Positions 29,924 through 38,863 of a stretch of 46,620 nucleotides of DNA are shown piece by piece; position 1 is the first letter of the stretch; every line of letters begins with the position of its first letter. Origin of the DNA: Candidatus Levyibacteriota bacterium. GTDB taxonomy: Bacteria > Patescibacteriota > Microgenomatia > Levybacterales > UBA12049. The notes under the pieces are model-generated. The model did not search any database. It was not told the DNA's origin and saw only the letters and a program-made list of their open reading frames with translations. Made by a program: the position numbers and the translations under genes. The stretch is from the NCBI GenBank assembly GCA_027334565.1, contig DAHWUP010000006.1:1-46620 (forward strand). Reading direction: 5' to 3'.

Positions 29924-31444
29924 TTAGACATATCCGGGAAAGAAGTCTTTTTTTATTTGTGTTCGTGGAACTCCCATCTTTGAAAGAAGTTCTTCATATC
30001 CTGTTACCATCGGATGGGGACCAGAAAGATAGAAGATGCATTTCTTATGGTCCGGTATAATTTCGTTGATCATCTCGGATGTGACCCGGCCAATTTTCCC
30101 CGTCCATCCCTTGGGAGCCGCTTTTTCATCGGTAAGGGTTAAGACGGTTTTTACGCCAACTTTTTTTGCTTCTTCCAAAACGTCAAGGTATGCGATTTCG
30201 GATTGGATTTTATTGGCATAGAACAGGACGATTGGACGATTCTGACGCGTATCAAGGCAGTATTTAATCATACTTCTAAAAGGAGTTATCCCTATGCCCC
30301 CGGCTAAGAAAACAAGTTTAACTTCCCGATCGTTAGGTAATGTGAAGTCGCCCGCGAGGTTTCCCGCAACAATCGGAGTGTTCCCGTCAAGGTTTATCAG
30401 CGCTTTCTTGAAGCTACTGCCCTGAGGATTAAATTTTACACCCAGATGTATCGAATCTTCTGTCGGTGAAGAGGCTATCGTAAAAAAGCGTCTATTTCCC
30501 CTGCTGTCGGGATCGGTATGAGGTAGGGTCCATTCCATATATTGTCCGGGCGAGAAGGTGAATCTCCCCGATGACGGAGCGAAGATAAAGTCCACCACGT
30601 CAGAGCCATATTGTACTTTTTCTTTTAAATATAAAAACAGTTTTTGCTTCGGGCTTACGAGATAAGAGAAGATATTGCCCGTAACAAGGGCAAGTTCGGG
30701 GGTTGAATAAAGGGTTCCAAGGTGGACGTGTGGAGAAAATAAAAACCCGACCAAACCACCGTAAAATAACCGCAGGTCTCTTGTCGGAGGGGTTGTGAAC
30801 GGTTCGGTCAACATGATAAACGCAAAGAACAGCATAGATGAATGGAAAACAAGAGTGGTAAGTGTATTTAACATATTTCCTCCGAAATACAGGGTGAAAA
30901 AAGCTTCGGTGGCAAAAGCGACAAGGAAAAAAGATAATGCCATATCTTCGCGTCGGATTTTCCTGATTATCAAGATTCCGATAGCCAAGATAAAAGGCGT
31001 CATAGCCGTTGTGCCCAACCACCAGTTTGCGGAATCGCCTAACCAGAGAGCGGTCAAAGCTACCGCAATAGCTACGGGATTAAAAATGTGCTTGCGATTG
31101 ATCGCTAAAATATATTTTGACGACATCGCAAGAACGGGAGCCCAGAAAAGGATCAGAAGATCATTAATGCCTCTAAAGGGTGGAACAATAAGGACCAGGA
31201 TAAGGGCTGTTATATACGCGGACTCCACATTCGTCGGTGCGTTGAAAACAATTGAAAATATACCGTTGGTAACCATGGCTAAAAAAAGAATGAAAGCGGT
31301 AGAAAAAAGAATCGAGCCGGGAGAATAAGGCAAGATATTTAAAAATCCGAACAGTATGGCAATTAACACCAGCGCGATCAACCCATACAGTACCAACCGG
31401 TACATAGTGATGCGATCAAGGATATTATCTATAATCTTAGTCAT
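29924..31444 (-). CDS. NqrB/RnfD-like membrane domain fused to ferredoxin-NAD(P) reductase-type FAD/NAD-binding domain
   Basis: SKY...KHIFNPVA and FIMLTEPFTTP (RnfD-like); RRFFTIASSP, LAGGIGITPFRSM, FYLSGPHPMV (FNR family). Confidence 0.88.
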   Translation of the reverse strand: MTKIIDNILDRITMYRLVLYGLIALVLIAILFGFLNILPYSPGSILFSTAFILFLAMVTNGIFSIVFNAPTNVESAYITALILVLIVPPFRGINDLLILFWAPVLAMSSKYILAINRKHIFNPVAIAVALTALWLGDSANWWLGTTAMTPFILAIGILIIRKIRREDMALSFFLVAFATEAFFTLYFGGNMLNTLTTLVFHSSMLFFAFIMLTEPFTTPPTRDLRLFYGGLVGFLFSPHVHLGTLYSTPELALVTGNIFSYLVSPKQKLFLYLKEKVQYGSDVVDFIFAPSSGRFTFSPGQYMEWTLPHTDPDSRGNRRFFTIASSPTEDSIHLGVKFNPQGSSFKKALINLDGNTPIVAGNLAGDFTLPNDREVKLVFLAGGIGITPFRSMIKYCLDTRQNRPIVLFYANKIQSEIAYLDVLEEAKKVGVKTVLTLTDEKAAPKGWTGKIGRVTSEMINEIIPDHKKCIFYLSGPHPMVTGYEELLSKMGVPRTQIKKDFFPGYV

Positions 31445-31445
31445 T

Positions 31446-31952
31446 TTAATGCGCTTGTGCCAGAGCCGAAGCGAGTGACGCCTGGAAGGCCTGGCTTGTA
31501 TCCGACGCTCCGGACACGATGTCCACTTGGGCAGATTGTGCCTGAATTGCTTCTTGTTTGAGATAGGGCATTGCCTGTGTATTTATTGCAATCGAAGTGC
31601 TTCTGTCATTGGGATATTGTAAAAAAACCACGTCCGTTATTCTCCCCCCGCCAATAACCACCTGTATTTGAACATTTCCGTAAAATGCATCCGCAACGCT
31701 CCCGGTATAAGTACCGTCTTTATATTGACCCTGCGAAGTCGGAGGCGTGGTTGATCCGCTCGCCTGGGTAGTTGTAGGAGTTGACTGTGAAGACGGATTT
31801 CCCAGACTGTTTTGCGTAGAGCCAGTAACCTGGTTATTTGCGTTCTGCGGCGGCGGAATAGTTAAGGGGGTGGAATTCGCCAACTCTTGCCTCAATAATC
31901 CGTTAACAATAAACAAGCCTATCACAAACGTGGAAAGTAGTAGTTTTTTCAT
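31446..31952 (-). CDS. Extracytosolic FMN-binding (flavinylated) protein
   Basis: Signal MKKLLLSTF, S/T-rich linker, YKDGTYTG...YGNVQIQV...VDIVSGASDTS ([S/T]GA[S/T] flavinylation motif). Confidence 0.9.
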   Translation of the reverse strand: MKKLLLSTFVIGLFIVNGLLRQELANSTPLTIPPPQNANNQVTGSTQNSLGNPSSQSTPTTTQASGSTTPPTSQGQYKDGTYTGSVADAFYGNVQIQVVIGGGRITDVVFLQYPNDRSTSIAINTQAMPYLKQEAIQAQSAQVDIVSGASDTSQAFQASLASALAQAH

Positions 31953-32177
31953 ATAAAACCTCAGGATAAAAAATCTTTTATAAGTATACATTTTTTTAGC
32001 GACAATAACCATGTTTTAGGCCGTGAATATAAGTGAAATAAAATCTTATAAAAACCGATCTTTTCATGAATAGCCGGTTTATTGCGCAGGATCTATAAAA
32101 CGAAATACAAGGTTTTTAGCCCCAGCTTTGAATTATTGAAATATAGTGAGATAATAAAACCGGAGCGGAAAGTTTTT

Positions 32178-32831
32178 ATGAATAATCCAGTAAGTGGTGA
32201 AGCGGAAAAATTTCAATTAGGGCATCATATTTGTTCCATATTTAATACAAACGAGCAGCAGTTTTTGCCATTAATTTCTTTTTTCAACGAAGGTTTAACT
32301 TCCAAACAAAAATGTTTATATATTCTTGGCGCACAGACAGCATACGATGTTATTAACGAATTTGATTCAAGAGGGGTAAGGGTCAGGGATTATGCCGATT
32401 CCAAACAACTCGTATTCCTTACAAAAGACGAGACTTATCTAAGGGACGGATATTTCGAGGCGGATAAGATGATATCGATCATAAAAAAAATTGAAAATCA
32501 AAGTCTTTCTGAAGGCTATACGGGAGTCCGGGGCAGCGGTGATATGACATGGGCAATCGGTGACCCCTTGGTTAAAGAAAAAATGTTCAATTATGAAATT
32601 AAATTAAACCAATTATTATCCGAAGGGAAAATAGCAGCGTTCTGCCGTTATGATGAGCGTAAATTTCCAAAGGAATTACTAATTAAAGCAATCAGGACCC
32701 ATCCTTACCTAATAATCTACGGAAAATTTTATGAGAATAAATATTTCTATTCTCCACCCGAATACGTTTCTAATGAGGATTTACCGGACGAGTCTTACGA
32801 AACGATTATAAGCTTGATAACGGAAAACTGA
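32178..32831 (+). CDS. Stand-alone MEDS (DcmR-type sensory) domain protein
   Basis: GHHICSIF...FFNEGL...ETYLRDGYFEADKM...GYTGVRGSGDMTW...YE...CRYD...THP. Confidence 0.85.
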   Translation: MNNPVSGEAEKFQLGHHICSIFNTNEQQFLPLISFFNEGLTSKQKCLYILGAQTAYDVINEFDSRGVRVRDYADSKQLVFLTKDETYLRDGYFEADKMISIIKKIENQSLSEGYTGVRGSGDMTWAIGDPLVKEKMFNYEIKLNQLLSEGKIAAFCRYDERKFPKELLIKAIRTHPYLIIYGKFYENKYFYSPPEYVSNEDLPDESYETIISLITEN

Positions 32832-32939
32832 TTATTTTCAGTTAATCGATGCATTATCGGATTGAATATCCAAACCCCGAACAAATAAGAATGGCAGGCT
32901 TGATTAAAAAGTGCTTGTCTGCTATTGTATCCTGTGCCT

Positions 32940-34367
32940 ATGTTCCCAAAGTCTATTTGTTTTGTAGACGTTGAAACCTCCGGTATCAGTCCCAGGTTTA
33001 ACCGGATCATCGAAATCGGGATAATAAAAGTCGTTAACGGTAAAGTGGTTAAAGAATTCAGCAGTCTTGTTAATCCGGGGTCGTTTGTCGATCCTTACAT
33101 AGAAGGATTAACCGGTATAAGCAGGGATGATCTTAAGAGAGCACCATTTTTTTATGAGGTCAAAGACGAACTTCTGGAAATGTTCGAGGATTCAGTTTTT
33201 GCGGCTCACAGCGTCCGGTTCGACTACGGTTTTGTCCGAAACGAATTCCGCAGACTTGGTGTTAATTTCACAGCTAAGCATCTTTGTACGGTCAAACTCG
33301 CCCGGTTATTATATCCAAACCTGAAGAAATTTAACCTGGACAGCATCATCGAAAATTTTGACATCGAATGCAAAAGAAGACACCGGGCTTTGGATGATGC
33401 AAAAGTGATTTACAAGTTTTACGAGCAATCAAAGGCGGGCATACAGAAAGATTTATTCAACAAGGCTGTTATGATGGTATTAAGGCGCCCAAGCGTTCCG
33501 ATCGGTATTAATTCAACTGACATTGATAATCTTCCGGAAGCCGCCGGAGTTTACATCTTTTACGGCGATAACGGTTCCATTCTTTATATCGGCAAGAGCA
33601 TAAATATTAGGGAGAGGGTGCTGTCACATTTTTCCAATGACCACCTTTCCTTGACCGACATGAAAATTTCCCAGCAGGCAAGGTCGGTCGAGGCAATCGA
33701 AACAGCAGGGGAATTGAGCGCGCTTTTATTGGAATCAACCTTAATCAAAAATCACCGGCCATTATATAACCGGATGTTAAGGGATGCCCAAAAAGTAGTG
33801 GTGCTTTTAAAAGGTGCAAATGCAAAAGGTTATTCCACGGGTTCGAAGAAGATTTTAGACAAAGTCCCGGCAGAGCAAGCAACGAGCATATTGGGAGTGT
33901 TCCGTTCGGAAAGACAGCTTAACGATTTCTTATATAATCTCGCCAAGGAAAATAAACTTTGTCCTAAACTGTTGGGCCTTGATAAAAGCACCAAGCATTG
34001 TTTTTATTATCATCTGGGGCAATGCAACGGCGCCTGCTGTCAAGAGGAATCTAGCTTAAAATACAACCTTCGTTTCGAACAAGCATTTTATAAAACCAAG
34101 CTTAGACACTGGATTTTTGACAGCCCCGTTTTGATAAAAGAAAAAGGCAATAAAGAAGAAATACACCTAGTCGATAAATGGTGTTATTTAGGAAGCGTCA
34201 AAAAAGGTGAGGAGGGCAATATTGATCTGAATAGGGAATACCGCTTCGACCTTGATACCTATAAAATCTTGGTAAAATATATGATGAACCCGCGAAACCA
34301 GAAAAATATTTCGCCTTTAAGACCAAGGATAGCCGGCAGGTTCTCAAAAGTAACCTTAAATGATTAA
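32940..34367 (+). CDS. DEDDh 3'-5' exonuclease (Pol III epsilon-like) fused to GIY-YIG (Cho/UvrC-like) domain
   Basis: VDVETSG, AHSVRFDYGF, HRALDDA; LPEAAGVYIFY...LYIGKSINIRERVLSHF...PLYNR; Cys cluster. Confidence 0.9.
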   Translation: MFPKSICFVDVETSGISPRFNRIIEIGIIKVVNGKVVKEFSSLVNPGSFVDPYIEGLTGISRDDLKRAPFFYEVKDELLEMFEDSVFAAHSVRFDYGFVRNEFRRLGVNFTAKHLCTVKLARLLYPNLKKFNLDSIIENFDIECKRRHRALDDAKVIYKFYEQSKAGIQKDLFNKAVMMVLRRPSVPIGINSTDIDNLPEAAGVYIFYGDNGSILYIGKSINIRERVLSHFSNDHLSLTDMKISQQARSVEAIETAGELSALLLESTLIKNHRPLYNRMLRDAQKVVVLLKGANAKGYSTGSKKILDKVPAEQATSILGVFRSERQLNDFLYNLAKENKLCPKLLGLDKSTKHCFYYHLGQCNGACCQEESSLKYNLRFEQAFYKTKLRHWIFDSPVLIKEKGNKEEIHLVDKWCYLGSVKKGEEGNIDLNREYRFDLDTYKILVKYMMNPRNQKNISPLRPRIAGRFSKVTLND

Positions 34368-34372
34368 ACTGT

Positions 34373-34648
34373 TTACTTTTGGTAAAGTTTTCTGAGTTCT
34401 GCCTTTGCCTGTTCGAGAATTCTTTTTTTCTCCGGCCTTAAATTTTTTCCCGCCCGATTGATATAAAAATTCAGCATGCTCATGGCCGATTGAAATGGGG
34501 GCGCCTTTCGCCTTGTGCTTTGTTCAGCCGAATTTTTCAAGCTTTCAGCGATTTTTTTAGGATTATTCCAAGTGAACACTCCTTCTTCAAGATCAAGAGC
34601 GATACTATGCTTTGTTACTCCGGAAGACCAGTTTTTCGCTATTGTCAT
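34373..34648 (-). CDS. DUF3175 family protein
   Basis: WS..VT..S.ALDLEEGVFT...IAESLK.SAE.S.RRKA.PFQSAMSMLNFYINRAGKNL. Confidence 0.85.
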   Translation of the reverse strand: MTIAKNWSSGVTKHSIALDLEEGVFTWNNPKKIAESLKNSAEQSTRRKAPPFQSAMSMLNFYINRAGKNLRPEKKRILEQAKAELRKLYQK

Positions 34649-34694
34649 ACATTAATTTAAGTATCGATTATAAACTTGGGCTCTTTTAAATTTA

Positions 34695-35204
34695 TCATCT
34701 TGAACAGTATGGCCAGGCGCTTTGTTCTCCCCTTGAGATTTTAAAGGCGGCGGTCTTTATCGATTCTTCGGGATCGTTGCGAAGGGTAAGGCTTGTATCC
34801 TGGCCCATTAAAGCCCGGCTGTTGATCCAGGCGCTGCTTGAGAATTGAAAAAGACCAACATAATCTCCATTTACCGCATTGGGATTGAATCCGGATTCAC
34901 AACCGGCAATTTTTACCAACAGATTCCTATCAACGCTATAGAGATTGGCATATTTGGTAAATAATTCGTCAAGTTCCGCCGAACTCAGTGGTATTGGGGA
35001 AGGGGTGGGAGTCGGTGTGGGTGTCGTTGACGGAGAAGGAGTCGGTGTGGGTGTTGATGTTGGTTGCGGGGTAGGAGTAGGGAAAGCAAACCCTTTTTTG
35101 GCCAGCGGAGATACTATGATACCGTTTTGTTGGTGGTAAGACAAAAGGAAAAGACCTGAAACCAGCAATATCATTACGAAGATAATACTTAACCCGAATT
35201 TCAT
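34695..35204 (-). CDS. Membrane-anchored lysozyme-like/transglycosylase (SLT/Rpf-like) protein with PT linker
   Basis: TM, (PT)n linker, IAGCESGFNPNAVNGDYVGLFQF...AWPYC. Confidence 0.85.
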   Translation of the reverse strand: MKFGLSIIFVMILLVSGLFLLSYHQQNGIIVSPLAKKGFAFPTPTPQPTSTPTPTPSPSTTPTPTPTPSPIPLSSAELDELFTKYANLYSVDRNLLVKIAGCESGFNPNAVNGDYVGLFQFSSSAWINSRALMGQDTSLTLRNDPEESIKTAAFKISRGEQSAWPYCSR

Positions 35205-35260
35205 AGACAGGTTTTAATTGCGTTTAACGGCAGTTTTTGTTCGTATCTTTCAAACGGAAA

Positions 35261-35620
35261 TTAATCATTTGTTTGCGTTTGGGCTGCGGTCGAGATCTCA
35301 AGCATTTTTAGCCGGTCTCTTTTCTCAACCGTCTTGCTCCATTTTTCGGTTAGTTTGTTGTTTTTCTCTAAAGCTTGTTCGAAGACAGCGTTCTCGTCAA
35401 TCCGCTTATTTCTGAAATTCTTGAGTTTAGTAAAAACAGTTGCGTCGGATTTACCGGCTTTTGTTAAAAAATACACCCCAACACCGATTAAAGCAAGTGC
35501 CAAAAATAACAGTAAAATGCTGGTTCCTTTGTTCAAACCTTCGACATAAATATAGATCGTCTGAATTCCCAATGCGGATAATATTAGGCCTAAAGCCGTT
35601 CTTAACAATACCAATTTCAT
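35261..35620 (-). CDS. Two-TM hypothetical protein
   Basis: 119 aa; two hydrophobic helices then a charged coiled region; TATGCT 8 nt upstream of ATG. Confidence 0.7.
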   Translation of the reverse strand: MKLVLLRTALGLILSALGIQTIYIYVEGLNKGTSILLLFLALALIGVGVYFLTKAGKSDATVFTKLKNFRNKRIDENAVFEQALEKNNKLTEKWSKTVEKRDRLKMLEISTAAQTQTND

Positions 35621-35673
35621 CTAATTTAAGCATAACCGATTGCTAAATAATCCGCAAGACAAATATCATATAA

Positions 35674-35868
35674 TCACCCTATGTCCACGCAAGACTGATA
35701 CTGGTTGACGGTAATTATGTATATGTGGGGTTAGTTAACCTATCGACTCAAAGTTTGGATCAAAACCGTGAAATTGGAATAATGCTTTCGGGTAAGGAAG
35801 GGATTAAGTTGCTTTCGTCGACCTTTGAAAAGGACTGGAATTTGGCGATGGATTATAATTCAAACTAG
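35674..35868 (+). pseudogene. Phospholipase D (HKD) domain fragment
   Basis: Hand translation SPYVHARLILVDGNYVYVGLVNLSTQSLDQNREIGIML...TFEKDW; preceded by TAA, no start, HxK>HxR. Confidence 0.75.
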
Positions 35869-35877
35869 GCGGTTAAT

Positions 35878-36018
35878 ATGGAAGAAATTAAAGTAAATAA
35901 CAAAAAGCTCAAGAAGTTACTGCAAAGCGGTGGCAGAAAAGGGGCACAGGAGGATTTCACTGAACTATTAAAACGGTCGGTCCGCTTCAGCAGACTTATG
36001 AAGAAAGGTAAGGACTAA
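35878..36018 (+). CDS. Possible 46-aa basic peptide
   Basis: MEEIKVNNKKLKKLLQSGGRKGAQEDFTELLKRSVRFSRLMKKGKD; its stop overlaps that of the convergent IS1595-like gene. Confidence 0.4.
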   Translation: MEEIKVNNKKLKKLLQSGGRKGAQEDFTELLKRSVRFSRLMKKGKD

Positions 36019-36470
36019 CTTTTTCTTACCACCTTTAACTCAATGGTATTGAATATAACCCATTTACTTACCTGGGTATCATTTAAGAGATTCCCTTTAT
36101 TAAGCTGCATTAATTTATAAATGTTTTTTTGCATTCTCCAAGCGGTTTTGTAGGTGACTCCCAGTTCTTGCTGTAGCGTTTTTATAGAAACGTCGGCCCT
36201 TGTTTGGGTCATCAGGTATAAAGCATAAAACCAGGTCTTAAGCGGCGTAGTGGATTTTTCAAAAATCGTACCGACCAAGGGAAACGTTTGATTTCTGCAG
36301 AATTTACAGACATAAACAGGCCTTTTATGTAACTTATAATGTTTAGTGACCCTTTGACAGGTTTGGCAGACAATCCCTGAAGGGAATCTTCTTTTGACAA
36401 CTTCCTCCATACACGCTTCCTCGGAGGGAAACGTTCTTGTGAATCTGGCCAAAGTAAAATTTTTACTCAT
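36015..36470 (-). mobile_element. IS1595-family transposase N-terminal part (Zn-ribbon + HTH), no DDE domain
   Basis: FPSEEAC...CQTC...YVCKFC...GTIFEKSTTPLKTWFYALYL...LQQELGVTYKTAWRM; ends before the VEIDE catalytic motif. Confidence 0.85.
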
Positions 36471-36570
36471 AATTTTAATATATTGAAGCTATCCACGTGT
36501 TGTCAAGGGATAATTTTTAAAATTGCCTATTGACGGCTTTATAGCTTTCTGTTTTAATGGGTTTAACTTA

Positions 36571-38859
36571 ATGAAAAACACTGTCAGTTTTTATATCGAT
36601 AAAATTATCACATATTTACTCCTTGCGGTTGCAGTAATCACCCCATTACTATTTTTTAACCAAACCACAGAATTTTACGAAATGCCTAAAATGTTTTTCT
36701 TGGTGGTGGCAACCGTTGTCCTTGTAGGCCTTTGGATTTTTTCCTGGATTGTCAAGGGCAAGGTTATTATCAATAGAACGCCTTTGGATATTCCGTTGTT
36801 GGTTCTATTGGTTGTAGTTTTGCTATCCACCTATTTTAGTGCCAACATCTACCCGGCCATTTACGGGAGTTTGCCCAGGGTTCACGGGTCCGCTGTTTCA
36901 TGGGTAACTTATATTCTATTATATTTTGTGGCAGCCTCAAACCTGAAAGGCATAGCGGAAATTAAAAATTTCCTTTACGCCTTAATGGGGGGTGCGGTTG
37001 TCGTTGCCTTGGTGACGCTTGCCGCCTTCTTTAAATTATATTTGCCGTTTGATTTTGCCCAAGCCGTCAATTTCACTCCCACGGGATCGTCGTTTTCGAC
37101 CGCCGCGTTACTTCTAATGCTTTTACCCTTGCCGCTTCTGTCGCTGGCAAAACAAAATAAATATTTACCGATCCCCGTATCACTTTTTTTGACCATCCTT
37201 TTTTCGGCCGTAATTGCCTTAATTAGTTCCTTATGGGTTGATGTGCTCTTGGTCCTGGTTTATGCACTGACCGCTTTCGTTGCAAAACCGCACCAGGTAA
37301 AGAAGACTCTGGGCGTCTTCCTGGTGCCGGTTGCAACCACGGCCTTGGTGTTCATCCTAGCGTACGCGCCTTTCCCCGGTAACGTCGTGCAATCGCTTGA
37401 GGCAAATTTCCCCAAAGAGATACAATTGCCTTTAGAAGTTTCCTGGAAAATCAGCGCCTCCGCCTTTAGGGACGCACCCTTCATCGGCACCGGTCCATCA
37501 AGCTATCTATTCAACTTCACAGCCTATAAGCCGCTCGAGTTCAACCAGCTGAATGTATGGAGTTTCTCTTTTGATACCGCATTCAATGAATTCCTGCAGG
37601 TCTTGGGTACGCTTGGTTTCTTCGGATTCATGGGATTGTTGGTCCTATCACTGGTGGTTATCGCGCATGGCTGGAGATTACTCTCAGCCAATACCGCAAG
37701 CCAGGCGCAGGACGTATCAAGGATTCTAACTACCGGATTGGCAATCAGCGGATTGACGACGATCGCATTATTATTGGTACACGCGACAACACTCGTTTCC
37801 TTTGTAATAATGCTGTTTGTCCTGGCGTCATTTATGATGTCCCAGGACCACGTCAGGGAAAAAGTGCTGGAATTTTCAATCGGCATAAAAGCTTTGACCT
37901 CGGAGAATAAACAATTCGATTTATTCCCGATTGTTGTTTTTATAGTCTACTTAATACTGGCAGTACCGGTTTTATTTAAAACCGCCAGCGTGGCGATGGC
38001 GGATTACTATCATCGACAGGCCCTATCTCAGGCCAACAAGAACGGCACCTTGACCTATCAATACCTGCAAAAAGCAGAACAACTCGCCCCGGAAATGGAT
38101 CTGTACAGGGTAGATATGGCGCAGACGAACTTTGCTCTGGCAAACGCTTTGGCCTTGCAAAAAGGACCGACCAAAGACAATCCGCAGGGAACCTTAACAA
38201 ACAGCGACAAACAGACCATCCAAACCCTTTTGTCACAGGCTATCAATGAAGGCAGGGTAAGCGTTGTCTTAAGCCCGAGATCGGCAAGGAACTGGGAAGT
38301 GCTGGCATCAATTTATCAGAATATCACCGGAGTGGCCCAAAACGCACTCGCATTCGCCCTTGACGCATACAATGCGGCTATCCAAAGAGACCCGGTCAAT
38401 CCCGCCCTGAGGCTTAGCGTTGGAGGAATCTATTATGCTGTCAAAAATTATAACCTGGCGACCAGATTCTTTACCGACGCGATCAATCTAAAACCCGATT
38501 ACGCCAACGCCTATTATAATTTGGCTCTAGCAGACAGGGATAATAATGACCTTCAGGATGCAGCTTTGGTGTCCAACCAACTCGTGATACTGTTGCAGAA
38601 AAACAGTCCAAATAGCGCCAATCTTAAAGCAGCACAAACATTATATAACGATATAAAAAACCAGATAGCATCCAATAATCAAGCGGCACAAGAACAACAA
38701 GCGTCGAGCCAGAAAGCCCCTCTTCAGAACTCGAATATTTCGGGGGTGAATGTTTCCAACCTGCAAAATGCGCCTAAGGTAACGGTGCCGACCCCGGTTA
38801 AAAGTAATCCTAACGCTAACATTCCTCAATTGAGTCCGACCCCGACCCCTACGCCATAA
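36571..38859 (+). CDS. O-antigen ligase/Wzy_C-like polytopic membrane protein with C-terminal TPRs
   Basis: FYEMPK, RTPLDIP, W...PFIGTGPSSY, AFNEFLQVLGTLG, ~12 TMs, TPRs (AINLKPDYANAYYNLA), PTPTP tail. Confidence 0.85.
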   Translation: MKNTVSFYIDKIITYLLLAVAVITPLLFFNQTTEFYEMPKMFFLVVATVVLVGLWIFSWIVKGKVIINRTPLDIPLLVLLVVVLLSTYFSANIYPAIYGSLPRVHGSAVSWVTYILLYFVAASNLKGIAEIKNFLYALMGGAVVVALVTLAAFFKLYLPFDFAQAVNFTPTGSSFSTAALLLMLLPLPLLSLAKQNKYLPIPVSLFLTILFSAVIALISSLWVDVLLVLVYALTAFVAKPHQVKKTLGVFLVPVATTALVFILAYAPFPGNVVQSLEANFPKEIQLPLEVSWKISASAFRDAPFIGTGPSSYLFNFTAYKPLEFNQLNVWSFSFDTAFNEFLQVLGTLGFFGFMGLLVLSLVVIAHGWRLLSANTASQAQDVSRILTTGLAISGLTTIALLLVHATTLVSFVIMLFVLASFMMSQDHVREKVLEFSIGIKALTSENKQFDLFPIVVFIVYLILAVPVLFKTASVAMADYYHRQALSQANKNGTLTYQYLQKAEQLAPEMDLYRVDMAQTNFALANALALQKGPTKDNPQGTLTNSDKQTIQTLLSQAINEGRVSVVLSPRSARNWEVLASIYQNITGVAQNALAFALDAYNAAIQRDPVNPALRLSVGGIYYAVKNYNLATRFFTDAINLKPDYANAYYNLALADRDNNDLQDAALVSNQLVILLQKNSPNSANLKAAQTLYNDIKNQIASNNQAAQEQQASSQKAPLQNSNISGVNVSNLQNAPKVTVPTPVKSNPNANIPQLSPTPTPTP

Positions 38860-38863
38860 AAAG

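Noticed and set aside
34990-35085. GGTGTGGGTGT/GGAGTC tandem-like repeats
   Set aside because: They simply encode the Pro-Thr linker of the transglycosylase.
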